From NCBI GenBank assembly GCA_037127585.1, contig JBAXYB010000003.1, forward strand, positions 3,248 through 67,247: DNA of 64,000 nt. The letters are read 5' to 3'. The position numbers were made by a program, and so were the translations under genes. This document shows, piece after piece, positions 28,217 to 37,577 of this stretch; the first letter of the stretch is position 1, and every line of letters starts with the position of its first letter. This DNA is from Verrucomicrobiota bacterium (GTDB taxonomy: Bacteria > Verrucomicrobiota > Verrucomicrobiia > Palsa-1439). Under the pieces are notes generated by a model. It saw only the letters and a program-made list of their open reading frames with translations, was not told the DNA's origin and searched no databases.

Positions 28217-30552
28217 GGGACGGTACCTCCAAGTTCGAAATCAAGTTCGCGAATCTGCCAGTAGTTGACCGAGGTCGGTTCGGTTAAGCCGAGCGGTTCG
28301 ATGTCCACCGCCACGAGGAACGAGCGGGTGACCGGGTCGTACCACTGGGCTGGATTGGGAATGGTTTCGCCGGTAAGCGGCAGGTGGCGTTTCTCGTCGG
28401 TCGATTGGATTTGGACGCGGCACTTAAATGCGCTGCCCCGGTAGTTGACGAAAACTTTGGCGCTGGTGATCTGCAAGTCCGGGCACTCTGCCGGCAAGGT
28501 GAACTCCGCGAGAATCGTGCTGCTGCGCGTGCCGGAGTAACGGCCTTCGGCGCGTTCGACGGTCCGGGCGTCCTTGTTTTTCAGGCGTAACGTCATCAAC
28601 CCGCGCGGCACCGTGAGTTGCCGGCCAGCGTAGGTGACCGGCGCTCCGATGTTCCAGAAGTTCACGGCGCGGCGGGCGATTTGTTGTTGGATAGTGACCG
28701 GGAAGAGCGGTTGGTCGCTCCAGCCGTAAACGGCGGGGCCGCGTTCGCGGAAGTTGGTGTTGTCGCCGAGGCGCTGTTTGCCGAGCGTGTAAACCGGGTC
28801 GGGGAAGAAGAGGCGGCGGATGCGGGTGCGGAGTTCGTCGGTCGAGTTCGCGACGACGCGGGTGGTGAACGCGTCGCTGGCGGCGAGGTTGCGGAAGGTT
28901 TTGGTGGCGCCGGCCGGTAAATCGCCAAGGGGCGCGATGAGCCGGTTGCATTTGAAGAAGCAATCTTCCAGCGGTTGCGCGGTCGGATTGTTCACGGTGA
29001 CGGTCAACCCGGCTTCGCTCAAGACTGCGCGAGCTTGGGGTTGTTGGCCGTCGGGCAACACCGCCTGGCCGAACATCGCGCGCATGTCGCTGGCACGAAT
29101 GGCCAACCCCGGCATGCTCAAATCATCATCGACGCGGACACTGAACGGGTCGCCGCCCGGCCGCGGTCGGACGCGCAAGGTTTCGGCCGACGCAGTCAGA
29201 TCGAAGGCGGCGGCGCGCGGCGAATAGAGGCCGAGGACGCTGTGGGCGACGGCGTGTTCGCCGGCGACGTAGATGACGTTGACTTCGTTGAGGAAGGGTT
29301 GCGGTTGGCCTTTCCACCGGTCGGCGGCGACGACGACGGCACCGCCGGTGATGACGGCGAGAATGACCACGACCGGCCAGCCGCGTTCGGGGTTGCGGGT
29401 GAGGCGAAAGGCGTAGAGCACGACGATCAGGCCGGCAGCGAGGACGGCGAGATAAATCAGGATCGGGCCGCGCCCCAGCACTTTGATGCCGGCCAGACTT
29501 GAGACAATGGCATCGGTGCTAGCGGTGCGTTCGAAGAGGCGGTCGGTGGCCGGGATGGTTTTGAGCGCGTAGCTGAGCAGCTCGGCGCTGAAGTTGGTGG
29601 TGCCGGTCCAGCGTTGAAACGCTAGGTCACCGGAATCGAGCGCGAAGGTGGCAACGCTGCCAAGTCCTTCGCGGCGGACGGCGAGGAGCGGGGAGTTGGT
29701 GTCGCCGGCGAGGACGGTGCCGTCCCGAACGACCATGCGGCGGAAGGTTAGACCGTCCTCGAAGACGGTGGGTGTGCCCCACCGGCGGAGGCGGGGTTCA
29801 GTGGCGAGTTTGTCGGCTGGGGCGAACTCGACGGGGGCGATGGCCGGCCAGCTCGGGTTGACCGGTAAGAAAAGGGTGCCGCCCGCGCGCACCCAATCAA
29901 GGATGGCTTGGCGTTGCATGGTGTTCAGATCCGTGGGGCCGGGATCGCCGAGAATCAACAAGCTGACGCTTTCGTAATCGACAGCCCGGGCCGGTAAGTC
30001 GCGGGGCATGACGCTGACAGGGGCGACCGGCTTGCGCGTCCAGCCGGCGGGGAGATCGCTCGGGGTCCGGTACGAAGTCAGGCGCGCATCGGCGACCAGC
30101 ATGAGCGCGGCGTTGTCGGGAATGATTTTCCCGAGGATCTCGTACTGCGACCAAACTTTGAGCCCGCCATCGGTCAGTTTGGCGGTGAGCACTTTGATGA
30201 CGGAGGTGGATTCGGCTTTGTCCTGGCCGGGTTTGGTGATCGGCGCGTTTTCGGAAGCGTCCGGGAAGACGGTGAGATAAATGGTGCGGCGCGACTGGGC
30301 CGGCAGGAAGACGGGTTTGCTGATGCTGATGGATTGGCCTTGGGCGCGGCTGGCCGGTTCGACGACGATGGTGGCGTGGCGGTCGGGGCCAGGATTTTCG
30401 ATGTCCACGCGCAACGGCGTCCAGTGGCGGTTGGGGAACTGGTGGTTGAAACCGAAGGTGGCGTTGCGGATGACTGGCAGTTCGGTCGAATCGGCGCGAC
30501 AGACCAGGGCCAGGCTCAACAGGAAGACCGGAAACAAAAAGAAACGAAGCAT
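28213..30552 (-). CDS. large signal-peptide membrane protein, putative ABC-transporter auxiliary component (GldG-like?)
   Basis: 779 aa. Signal peptide MLRFFLFPVFLLSLALVCRA, a ~350-aa periplasmic domain, two central TM helices, and a second ~350-aa domain. The stop/start overlap (ATGA) couples it to the ABC ATPase gene. Confidence 0.45.
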   Translation of the reverse strand: MLRFFLFPVFLLSLALVCRADSTELPVIRNATFGFNHQFPNRHWTPLRVDIENPGPDRHATIVVEPASRAQGQSISISKPVFLPAQSRRTIYLTVFPDASENAPITKPGQDKAESTSVIKVLTAKLTDGGLKVWSQYEILGKIIPDNAALMLVADARLTSYRTPSDLPAGWTRKPVAPVSVMPRDLPARAVDYESVSLLILGDPGPTDLNTMQRQAILDWVRAGGTLFLPVNPSWPAIAPVEFAPADKLATEPRLRRWGTPTVFEDGLTFRRMVVRDGTVLAGDTNSPLLAVRREGLGSVATFALDSGDLAFQRWTGTTNFSAELLSYALKTIPATDRLFERTASTDAIVSSLAGIKVLGRGPILIYLAVLAAGLIVVLYAFRLTRNPERGWPVVVILAVITGGAVVVAADRWKGQPQPFLNEVNVIYVAGEHAVAHSVLGLYSPRAAAFDLTASAETLRVRPRPGGDPFSVRVDDDLSMPGLAIRASDMRAMFGQAVLPDGQQPQARAVLSEAGLTVTVNNPTAQPLEDCFFKCNRLIAPLGDLPAGATKTFRNLAASDAFTTRVVANSTDELRTRIRRLFFPDPVYTLGKQRLGDNTNFRERGPAVYGWSDQPLFPVTIQQQIARRAVNFWNIGAPVTYAGRQLTVPRGLMTLRLKNKDARTVERAEGRYSGTRSSTILAEFTLPAECPDLQITSAKVFVNYRGSAFKCRVQIQSTDEKRHLPLTGETIPNPAQWYDPVTRSFLVAVDIEPLGLTEPTSVNYWQIRELDFELGGTVP

Positions 30553-30681
30553 GCCGGCCGGAAGTCTTACCCGTCGCAGGTAAAAGGGGAAAGTGAAAAA
30601 ATCAGCGCGAATACCGGCAACTGCGAACTAAGAACCGTTGAACTGGGAAATGCACGAATCAGGATCAACCGCCAAGTCGCC

Positions 30682-31203
30682 CTACGCACGGCCGGTTGCG
30701 GCGGTTACCGGCGATTGCTTGGCGATTAGCCCGTTGATCTCGCGAATCATCGCCGTGTTTTCGCTGACGACTTTGTATTCGACCCAAAATGCGTAGAGGT
30801 TGAATACCACGACCACCCACGAGACCCATGCGTGCAGCATGCCGCGCGAGAGGCCGGTATCTTTGGCGCCGCCAAGCAAGGCGGCGGCGATGATCGTGAT
30901 GCAGCCGAAGGTCGCCATGCCGGAGCTGCGGCCGGTGAGCCGGCGGATCCGACGGGTGTAGCCGGTCTGGGGATCGTTCGGGAGATGATGGGTGGCGATG
31001 GCTTCTTTGATGCCTTTGCCGGAGCCCATGAAATGCATCATCACGACGCAATGGGTCAGGCAGGTGTAGAGGCCGGTCAAGACGCCGAGTCCTTGATGCA
31101 GCCAATTGGCGGAGTGATGCGTCATTCCAAAGTAGAGGGTGATGGCAAATAGGACTACATTCCAGAAAGCCATCCCGATGAAAATCTTGCCCATTTGTAG
31201 CAT
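30682..31203 (-). CDS. hypothetical 4-TM membrane protein
   Basis: 173-aa ORF filling the AKR-to-large-protein gap. Four hydrophobic helices with His/Cys-rich loops (THHSANWLHQG, CLTHCVVMMHFMG). Confidence 0.45.
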   Translation of the reverse strand: MLQMGKIFIGMAFWNVVLFAITLYFGMTHHSANWLHQGLGVLTGLYTCLTHCVVMMHFMGSGKGIKEAIATHHLPNDPQTGYTRRIRRLTGRSSGMATFGCITIIAAALLGGAKDTGLSRGMLHAWVSWVVVVFNLYAFWVEYKVVSENTAMIREINGLIAKQSPVTAATGRA

Positions 31204-31209
31204 AACGTT

Positions 31210-32169
31210 TTATCCCTGCAGTGAACCTTGGACGGCGACCATTTCGTCGCGGGTGATTTGGGGCAACATGCTCGTACCGACATGCGCCTCGACTTGGGCG
31301 CGATCTTTGACGCCGATAATCGCCACCGAGACGGCAACGTTGCTGAGCACAAATTTCACGGCTAACTGCGGGAGCGTGAAACCGGCCCGGGTGGCGACCG
31401 GCCGCAAACGTTCGACGGTATCCATCTGCCGGTCGAACTCGGCCCGACTTTCGCCCGCGAGCCATTTGCTGCGAATATCGTCGGGTGCGAATTGGGAGTT
31501 CTTGTTGTACTTGCCGGTGAGTTTACCCATCGCGAGGACGCCGCGCGCAATGACCGCAATCCCGCGAGCCCGGCAATAGGGGAGAATGTCGCGTTCCGCG
31601 CGGCGGTCGAACAGGTTGTAGTTGCATTGGACTGCGCCGAGAGTCCGCTTTTCGTCGAAGCGCAGCACCATATCGAGATCGTTTGTCGAAACGCCGAACG
31701 CGCGAATCTTGCCGGCTTGCTGGAGAGTGTCGAAGGCGGCGAGAAATTCGGCCCAGCGTTCCGTCCGCCAGATGTGACATTGATAGAGGTCGAGATGGTC
31801 GGTTCGGAGTCGGCGCAGGCTGGCTTCGCACGCGCCGATGATGTAGTCGCGCGATTCGTTGAGGGTCCGGTACCCCGCAGCATCCCGGCCGAAGCCGACT
31901 TTGGTCGCGATGTAAACCTTGTCCCGGCAAGGCTGCAAAGCTTGGCCGAGAATTTCTTCGCTCCGGCCCCAGCCGTATTGGTCGGACGTATCGAAAAAGT
32001 TGCAGCCGAGTTCGACGGCGCGTTGGACGGTGGCGACGGACTCGGTGTCCGTGATTCCGCTCCAGCCGTCGGGCTTGCCGTCCAGCGTAATGGCGCCGCC
32101 GAATTGCCAGCCGCCGACGCCGATTTCGCCGACGCGCCACCCGGTCTTTCCGAAAGTGCGTAGAATCAT
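31210..32169 (-). CDS. aldo/keto reductase family oxidoreductase
   Basis: MILRTFGKTGWRVGEIGVGGW...FFDTSDQYGWGRSEEILGQAL, the typical AKR N-terminus with catalytic Tyr/Asp. ATG overlaps the ccsA stop (TAATG). Confidence 0.85.
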   Translation of the reverse strand: MILRTFGKTGWRVGEIGVGGWQFGGAITLDGKPDGWSGITDTESVATVQRAVELGCNFFDTSDQYGWGRSEEILGQALQPCRDKVYIATKVGFGRDAAGYRTLNESRDYIIGACEASLRRLRTDHLDLYQCHIWRTERWAEFLAAFDTLQQAGKIRAFGVSTNDLDMVLRFDEKRTLGAVQCNYNLFDRRAERDILPYCRARGIAVIARGVLAMGKLTGKYNKNSQFAPDDIRSKWLAGESRAEFDRQMDTVERLRPVATRAGFTLPQLAVKFVLSNVAVSVAIIGVKDRAQVEAHVGTSMLPQITRDEMVAVQGSLQG

Positions 32170-34097
32170 TAGACCTTTTGGACCAGCTGGAAACTGCGCC
32201 AGCGGCGGACCGGTAGGAGGCCGAGGAGGATGAGGCAGACTTGGGTGCCGTTAAAGAGCATCAGCCATTTGAACGCGGCGTCCATGAAGCCGTAGCTGTG
32301 GAGGCCGATGCCGAGCATGTTGACGCCGAACCACGAGAACGCGGTGACGATGTTGCCGAAGATGGCGAGGTTCATCAGGCCGCGGTCGCGGACGAGGCCG
32401 CCCCAGCGCGCGTGGAGGATCAGCGCATTCCAGATCACGATGAGGAGCGCGCCGTTTTCTTTCGGATCCCAACCCCAGAAGCGGCCCCAGGATTGATCCG
32501 CCCAGATGCCGCCGAGGACCGTGCCGACGAAGCTGAAGAGCGTGGCGAAACAGACGATGGCATAAACCATATTGGCCAATGCCTTGCCCAGATTTGCGGT
32601 GCCGGCTTTTGTCGCGAGTACCGGCGTGAAGACGCCGAGAACGATGTAGGCCAGCGCCAAGGTGCCGGCAACGAATGTGGCCGCGTAACCCAGCGTGACA
32701 CAGACGACATGCGTCGCGAGCCAGAAGTTGGTGTCGAGCACGGCGCGGAGCATTTCCATTGTGTCGCCGCCGAGGGCGAGGTTGTGGGCGATCAGTAAGG
32801 TGACGAAGCCGGCCAGTCCGGCGACCGCGCTGCCGAGGCCGATTTTATAGACCCGCTCCAGGACGAGGCCGAGTCCGCACGCGCCCCAACCGATGAAGAT
32901 GGCGGAGGAATAGAGGTTCGTGACCGGCGGTCGGCCTTCGAGCACCATCCGGTAGATGAGGCCAAAGGTGTGGACCACAAAAGCCAGTCCGATCAGGAAA
33001 AATGCCGACCGGCGCAGGGACTCCGAAAGTTGCGGGGCGGGACCGAAAAGCAGCAACGCGCCGGCGGCGAGCATGAAGGCGACGAGATAAATGATGGTGG
33101 CGTGGAGAAAGACTTTTATCTGGTTGAAGTAAAACTCCGACCGGCCTTTGGCCACTTCGCGCGCGAAGCCGGTCAGCAGCCAATTCTTGTAGCCGGACAC
33201 CGCGCTATTGAATTCCGCGGCTTCATCGTGTCCGTACGCCGTGGCCATCCGGGCAAAGAAACTCACCGCTGGCGCGAGCGAGCCGCCGCCGCGCAGGGTG
33301 CTGAGGACGCTGGCGCCGACGTTGAGCCAGGCGTCTTTGTTGGCGGGATCGGTTGGGGGCACGGTCAAGGGATAGGCAAAGTTGGCTTGTTCATCGAACT
33401 GCTGTGCGAGACCGGAGAATCGTTTCAGGGCGGCTTCATCAAACTGCTGGCCGGCCTGCTGCGCGCGCAACGCCGCCAGCCCCGCCGGTAACGCGGCTTG
33501 AAACTTGGCCAGCAACTCCGCGAAGTTGTGCGTGTCTTCGGGCTGGATGCTGCTTTTGAGGCGTTGATAGAGGAGGAGGCCGTTGGCGAGTTTGAGAAGT
33601 TGTTTTTGATAGGTCGTGCGGTTGGCGTCTTCGATGGCGCTGGCGGTGCGCGCTTGGGCCGAGATTTCCGCCAGCCGGTTCTCGAGTTCGGCAAAAGTAT
33701 AGTAGCGCAGGCCGGATTTCTCGACACCCTTGTCGCCGAGTTTGAGTTCGCTGATGAGGTCGGGATGATGAATCAGAAAGATCGGGCGCGAATCCGCGAT
33801 GTCGGGCTTGAAGAAAACTTCGAGCAGCCAGTCGGTGGATTTGAGTTTGGCCGGATGGTGCCAGAATTTCCAGCTGGGAACTTCTTCCAGCGGCACATCG
33901 CCGGTACTGCGAATTTGCAGCAGCGAATTGCGGGCGACCGAGTCGAAGGGTTGGATGCGACCGTTGAGCAAGACCGGCAGGCGACCGAAGTCCGCGGTAT
34001 GCATTGCGCTGTCTTTCTTCGGCAACATCACGACAATGATTTCCGTGGCGAACAGCGCCAGGAACAGCCACGGCAGAGCTTTCAAGAGAGCTTTCAT
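32169..34097 (-). CDS. ccsA: cytochrome c biogenesis protein CcsA (ResC family) with N-terminal extension
   Basis: Trp-rich WWD motif WADQSWGRFWGWDPKENGAL and conserved His residues. Start at MKALLKALPWLF overlaps the ccsB stop (ATGA). Confidence 0.85.
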   Translation of the reverse strand: MKALLKALPWLFLALFATEIIVVMLPKKDSAMHTADFGRLPVLLNGRIQPFDSVARNSLLQIRSTGDVPLEEVPSWKFWHHPAKLKSTDWLLEVFFKPDIADSRPIFLIHHPDLISELKLGDKGVEKSGLRYYTFAELENRLAEISAQARTASAIEDANRTTYQKQLLKLANGLLLYQRLKSSIQPEDTHNFAELLAKFQAALPAGLAALRAQQAGQQFDEAALKRFSGLAQQFDEQANFAYPLTVPPTDPANKDAWLNVGASVLSTLRGGGSLAPAVSFFARMATAYGHDEAAEFNSAVSGYKNWLLTGFAREVAKGRSEFYFNQIKVFLHATIIYLVAFMLAAGALLLFGPAPQLSESLRRSAFFLIGLAFVVHTFGLIYRMVLEGRPPVTNLYSSAIFIGWGACGLGLVLERVYKIGLGSAVAGLAGFVTLLIAHNLALGGDTMEMLRAVLDTNFWLATHVVCVTLGYAATFVAGTLALAYIVLGVFTPVLATKAGTANLGKALANMVYAIVCFATLFSFVGTVLGGIWADQSWGRFWGWDPKENGALLIVIWNALILHARWGGLVRDRGLMNLAIFGNIVTAFSWFGVNMLGIGLHSYGFMDAAFKWLMLFNGTQVCLILLGLLPVRRWRSFQLVQKV

Positions 34098-35239
34098 GCG
34101 ACCTTCCGTTTCTTGGCAAAGCCAACGAGATGAGTCCCGAATTGGACGAGTAATCCCAAACCGACGAGCACGCACGAGAAATACGGCGTGAGCCAACTGG
34201 GGTTGTGAACCACTTGGAGGACGGTCCCTTGGTTGTCGGGGTCAAAGCTGGCTTGGTAGTACGTGTCGCCGTCGTACCGGAGCGGGTTGTTCATGTAGAT
34301 CAAGACTTCGCGCTTCTCGCCGGTCGCCGGGCGCTCGATGCGGACGCGGCTCGAGAAGTTTTTGGGGATATCCGTGCCAGGATATTTGTCGTGCTTGAAT
34401 TCCAGAAGGTGGAGCGTGAACGGCTTGTAGAATCGTTCGCCGCGTAACGCGAGTTGATACCGGCGACCGTTGTGGGTGAATTCCTGGGGCCGCGTCAGAT
34501 ACGCGGAGATGAGAAAGGTGCCGAGCGAGCCTTGCGGCGTGACGAGCTCGACGATGCCGGAGGGCATGTCGCGCCGGTCCATGACGGTTTCGTGCGGCAG
34601 TTCGCGCCACCAGATGCCAGCGCCGAAGCCGGCCGTGACGGCGATTTCGGAATAACCCGGGCCGGTTTTTTCGACGAGAGCCGAGTTTTTGTAATACGTC
34701 TGGACGCGAATGGAGAAGGGCATGTCTGCCTGATTGATCTCGCCCAGCTTCGCCAACCGGCCGGCGGGGATGGCGACGACTTTGTCGGTGGTTGCTTCGG
34801 TCGTATCGATCACTGCGAGTTCATATTGACTCGACGCTTCCGAATAGTTCTTCGTCTCGCCGTGACGCATGTGCAGCATGCTTTCCGTCGAGAGTACATC
34901 GGTCAGCAGTTGCCCGAAGAGCAGGAGGACGACGCCGAGATGAATCATCGCGATGCCGTATTTCTTCTTGCCGGGTTGGTAGTAGCGGAAGTGGGCGGCG
35001 AATAGATTGATGAGCAGGAGCCAGCCGATGGCATAGCCTGCCGGAAAAATCGGAATCCGCCAACTCGATCCGCCCGGCGCCCAGTAGATGAAGAAGCTCC
35101 GAAAGAAATCGTTCTGCGCCCGGTACAACCCAAGATTTACCTGTGCCAGTGTGCCCCAAAACACCAGCACCAACCCCAGCGCCAGCAAAACTACGGTGAG
35201 CCGGAGTGACGTAACAATCTTGTAGAGCTTGGTAAGCAT
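34094..35239 (-). CDS. ccsB: cytochrome c biogenesis protein CcsB/ResB
   Basis: N-terminal TM region (LRLTVVLLALGLVLVFWGTLAQVNLGLYRAQNDFFRSFFIYW), large periplasmic domain and C-terminal TM. The ResB profile. Confidence 0.8.
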   Translation of the reverse strand: MLTKLYKIVTSLRLTVVLLALGLVLVFWGTLAQVNLGLYRAQNDFFRSFFIYWAPGGSSWRIPIFPAGYAIGWLLLINLFAAHFRYYQPGKKKYGIAMIHLGVVLLLFGQLLTDVLSTESMLHMRHGETKNYSEASSQYELAVIDTTEATTDKVVAIPAGRLAKLGEINQADMPFSIRVQTYYKNSALVEKTGPGYSEIAVTAGFGAGIWWRELPHETVMDRRDMPSGIVELVTPQGSLGTFLISAYLTRPQEFTHNGRRYQLALRGERFYKPFTLHLLEFKHDKYPGTDIPKNFSSRVRIERPATGEKREVLIYMNNPLRYDGDTYYQASFDPDNQGTVLQVVHNPSWLTPYFSCVLVGLGLLVQFGTHLVGFAKKRKVA

Positions 35240-35240
35240 C

Positions 35241-36233
35241 TCAGTACTTAGCCTCTTGCACGAATTTGCTAAACGCATCTTTCTGGGCGGCGACAATCTT
35301 GGCGTCACCCATCAGCTTGTAGAACCACGCTTGCCCCGGCTGCAGCACCATCGCGCCGACCAGTGCGGCGGGCTGACCGCTCCGTGCATCTGTGCCGGAC
35401 ATCTCGACGAAGGTTGCCGAACCGCGCGTCAAAGCTGCCTTCGCGAGTTCGTCGGAGGTCTGCTCACCTAAGCCGAGTTGCTTGCGCCACCGGTTCACAT
35501 TCGCCGCCAAGCCGCCGCCATCGCCGGCCGACGAACTTATGTTCACGGCGGCTTGGCCGCCGGCAATCGTGAACTTAGCCACGAGAAATTGTCCGCCGGT
35601 CACTTCCGTCCAGTCGCCGGGCGGCGTCCATTGCGGCTTGTCGGCGTTCGCGGCGGGCGCGGTTTCAGTGGTCGCGAATTGAAGCGATTTGAGAAACTCG
35701 ACAAAGACCGGCTTTTGTTGCGCCACGAGTTGATCGTCGCCGGTCATTTTGTAAAACCAGGCCGTGCCGGTCCGATGTTGAATGACAGCTAGAATCCGCA
35801 GCGGTTCGCCATTCGGGCCGGCGCCGGCTTGCTCGTAAAGTTCAGCAGACTGACCGGCCAACTCGACTGGTTGCGCGAGCGCCTTCAATTCCGTCTCGGA
35901 TACCGGCGGTTGACTGACTTGGCCGCGCCACCGGTTCACATTGCTAAGTTCGCCGCCTGCCGCGCCCGGTAACGGGACGATGCTGACATCGGCTTCCTTG
36001 CCGGCTGGCCCTTTGACCCGGAACGACGCCACGCGGAATTCACTTGGTGCGCCTTCCTTCCAGCCGGCCGGTAAATTCCATTTCAACTTCGGCGGGGCTG
36101 GCTCTGCCGCGTGGTCCGCATGGCCGTCGGGCATCGCTGGCGGTGCCGACTGTTCTTTCGGGACGGTATAAACTTTGATGTCGTTCTGTTCGCAGCCGGT
36201 CAGTCCCAGCGCGAATAGGACACATACCTTCAC
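35241..36233 (-). CDS. hypothetical lipoprotein with tandemly duplicated domain
   Basis: Lipobox ALGLTGC (probable GTG start). Two internal ~130-aa repeats, each with W.(L|P)P.(G|D)W.E, (R|L)VA.F and NVNRWR(G|K)Q motifs. Start overlaps the ccsB region. Confidence 0.5.
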   Translation of the reverse strand: MKVCVLFALGLTGCEQNDIKVYTVPKEQSAPPAMPDGHADHAAEPAPPKLKWNLPAGWKEGAPSEFRVASFRVKGPAGKEADVSIVPLPGAAGGELSNVNRWRGQVSQPPVSETELKALAQPVELAGQSAELYEQAGAGPNGEPLRILAVIQHRTGTAWFYKMTGDDQLVAQQKPVFVEFLKSLQFATTETAPAANADKPQWTPPGDWTEVTGGQFLVAKFTIAGGQAAVNISSSAGDGGGLAANVNRWRKQLGLGEQTSDELAKAALTRGSATFVEMSGTDARSGQPAALVGAMVLQPGQAWFYKLMGDAKIVAAQKDAFSKFVQEAKY

Positions 36234-36299
36234 AGGGAAATCGTGATTCACAGCGTGACTATTACTGACTTTGATTGTGCGGCGCAAGCTGTCGTTTGG

Positions 36300-36983
36300 C
36301 TATAACAACACGGCAGCGGTGACAGCCGGTTGGATGCAATCGGGGCCATCGTTCTGGGGTTTGTTCACGAGTGTGGCGACCGGGAAACCTACCATCTCCG
36401 CGGCCGGGTAGGGGACGAGCGCAGGCGTTAATTCGGCCGGTGTCCGTTCTTGCGAACTTAGCCACAAGTCGTAGAACTTTGGCTGGAGAATTACCGGCAT
36501 TCGGTCGTGGACTGATTGCACGACGGCATTGGGTGTCGTCGTAATTAGACAGCACGATACGATCTCTTGGCCGGTCGGATCGCGCCAGACATCCCACAAT
36601 CCAGCGAACGCAAATACGGCTTTCGATTTTAAGCGGAAGTAGTATGGGGTTTTCGGTTTGGTCGGTTTCCACTCGTAGAATCCATCGGCCAACACCAGGC
36701 AGCGCCGGCGTTTCAGCGGCCCGCGAAAACTGGGCTTCTCGGCGATCCCTTCACACCGGGCATTCGCGAGCTTATTGCCGATGGTCGAGTCTTTCGCCCA
36801 CGTCGGGATTAAACCCCATTTGGCTTTGCTCACTTCGAGTTTTCCATCGTTCAAGACAACGACGACCGGCTGCGATGGACAGATGTTAAAGCGTGGGCTG
36901 ACTGCGGCCGATTCGGGTTTGAGGCCGGTAATCGAATCGGTCAATCCGCGCACGTCGACGGTCAGTGTAAAGCGTCCGCACAT
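36300..36983 (-). CDS. SOS response-associated peptidase (SRAP/YedK, abasic-site processing protein)
   Basis: N-terminal MCGRF with catalytic Cys2, plus conserved ...RRCLVLADGFYEWK. Confidence 0.85.
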   Translation of the reverse strand: MCGRFTLTVDVRGLTDSITGLKPESAAVSPRFNICPSQPVVVVLNDGKLEVSKAKWGLIPTWAKDSTIGNKLANARCEGIAEKPSFRGPLKRRRCLVLADGFYEWKPTKPKTPYYFRLKSKAVFAFAGLWDVWRDPTGQEIVSCCLITTTPNAVVQSVHDRMPVILQPKFYDLWLSSQERTPAELTPALVPYPAAEMVGFPVATLVNKPQNDGPDCIQPAVTAAVLL

Positions 36984-37141
36984 GCCAGTGAATTACCGGA
37001 GTGGGTGTGGGGAGTCAATGCTGCCGGACGATTCGGCAACGCTACTGCGTTCGCCTTAGCTTGTGGCTTTGATTTGGTTGGCAATCTTTGATGTCAATCC
37101 GCTACCATTCCGCTAACAGCAACTCAACCCTGGAGGCACCG

Positions 37142-37456
37142 ATGAAATACATGATCTGTTGGAATGAACGTCCGCAAGGCTCAGCGTTGGAATATGAGAA
37201 TGCCCAGAAGCGCATTCTGGAGATTTTCACGCAATGGAAAGCGCCCGCCAATTTCAAGATCGAGTTCTTCGTGGTGCGGGTGGGCGATTGGGGCGGGTAT
37301 ATGTTGGTGGACTGTGATGATCCGTTGACCGTCCACAAGTTCTGCTCGACCTACCCGGCGTTTACCGTTGAGGCGCGCCCGGTGGTGCCGGTCATGGACG
37401 CGGTGCGAGTCGAATTGGAAGCGATGGCTTGGCGCGATGGATTGAAGAAGGGGTGA
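37142..37456 (+). CDS. DUF3303-like small protein
   Basis: ~105 aa with a ...VDCDDP...F...EARPVVPV pattern resembling the DUF3303 family. Start taken at MKYMICW. Confidence 0.45.
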   Translation: MKYMICWNERPQGSALEYENAQKRILEIFTQWKAPANFKIEFFVVRVGDWGGYMLVDCDDPLTVHKFCSTYPAFTVEARPVVPVMDAVRVELEAMAWRDGLKKG

Positions 37457-37577
37457 CGGTCGCGTATCCCCCAGAACACGCCTCGCAGAGGCGTGGCTAC
37501 ACCGGATGACGGAACGCAATCGCGCGCCGGTTGCTCCGTGTTGCTGGGTCTGATAATATCCCGCGCGGATCGCAACT

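Noticed and set aside
30665-31465. 266-aa minus-strand ORF overlapping the AKR and the 4-TM protein genes
   Set aside because: Arg-rich low-complexity translation in an alternative frame of two better-supported genes.
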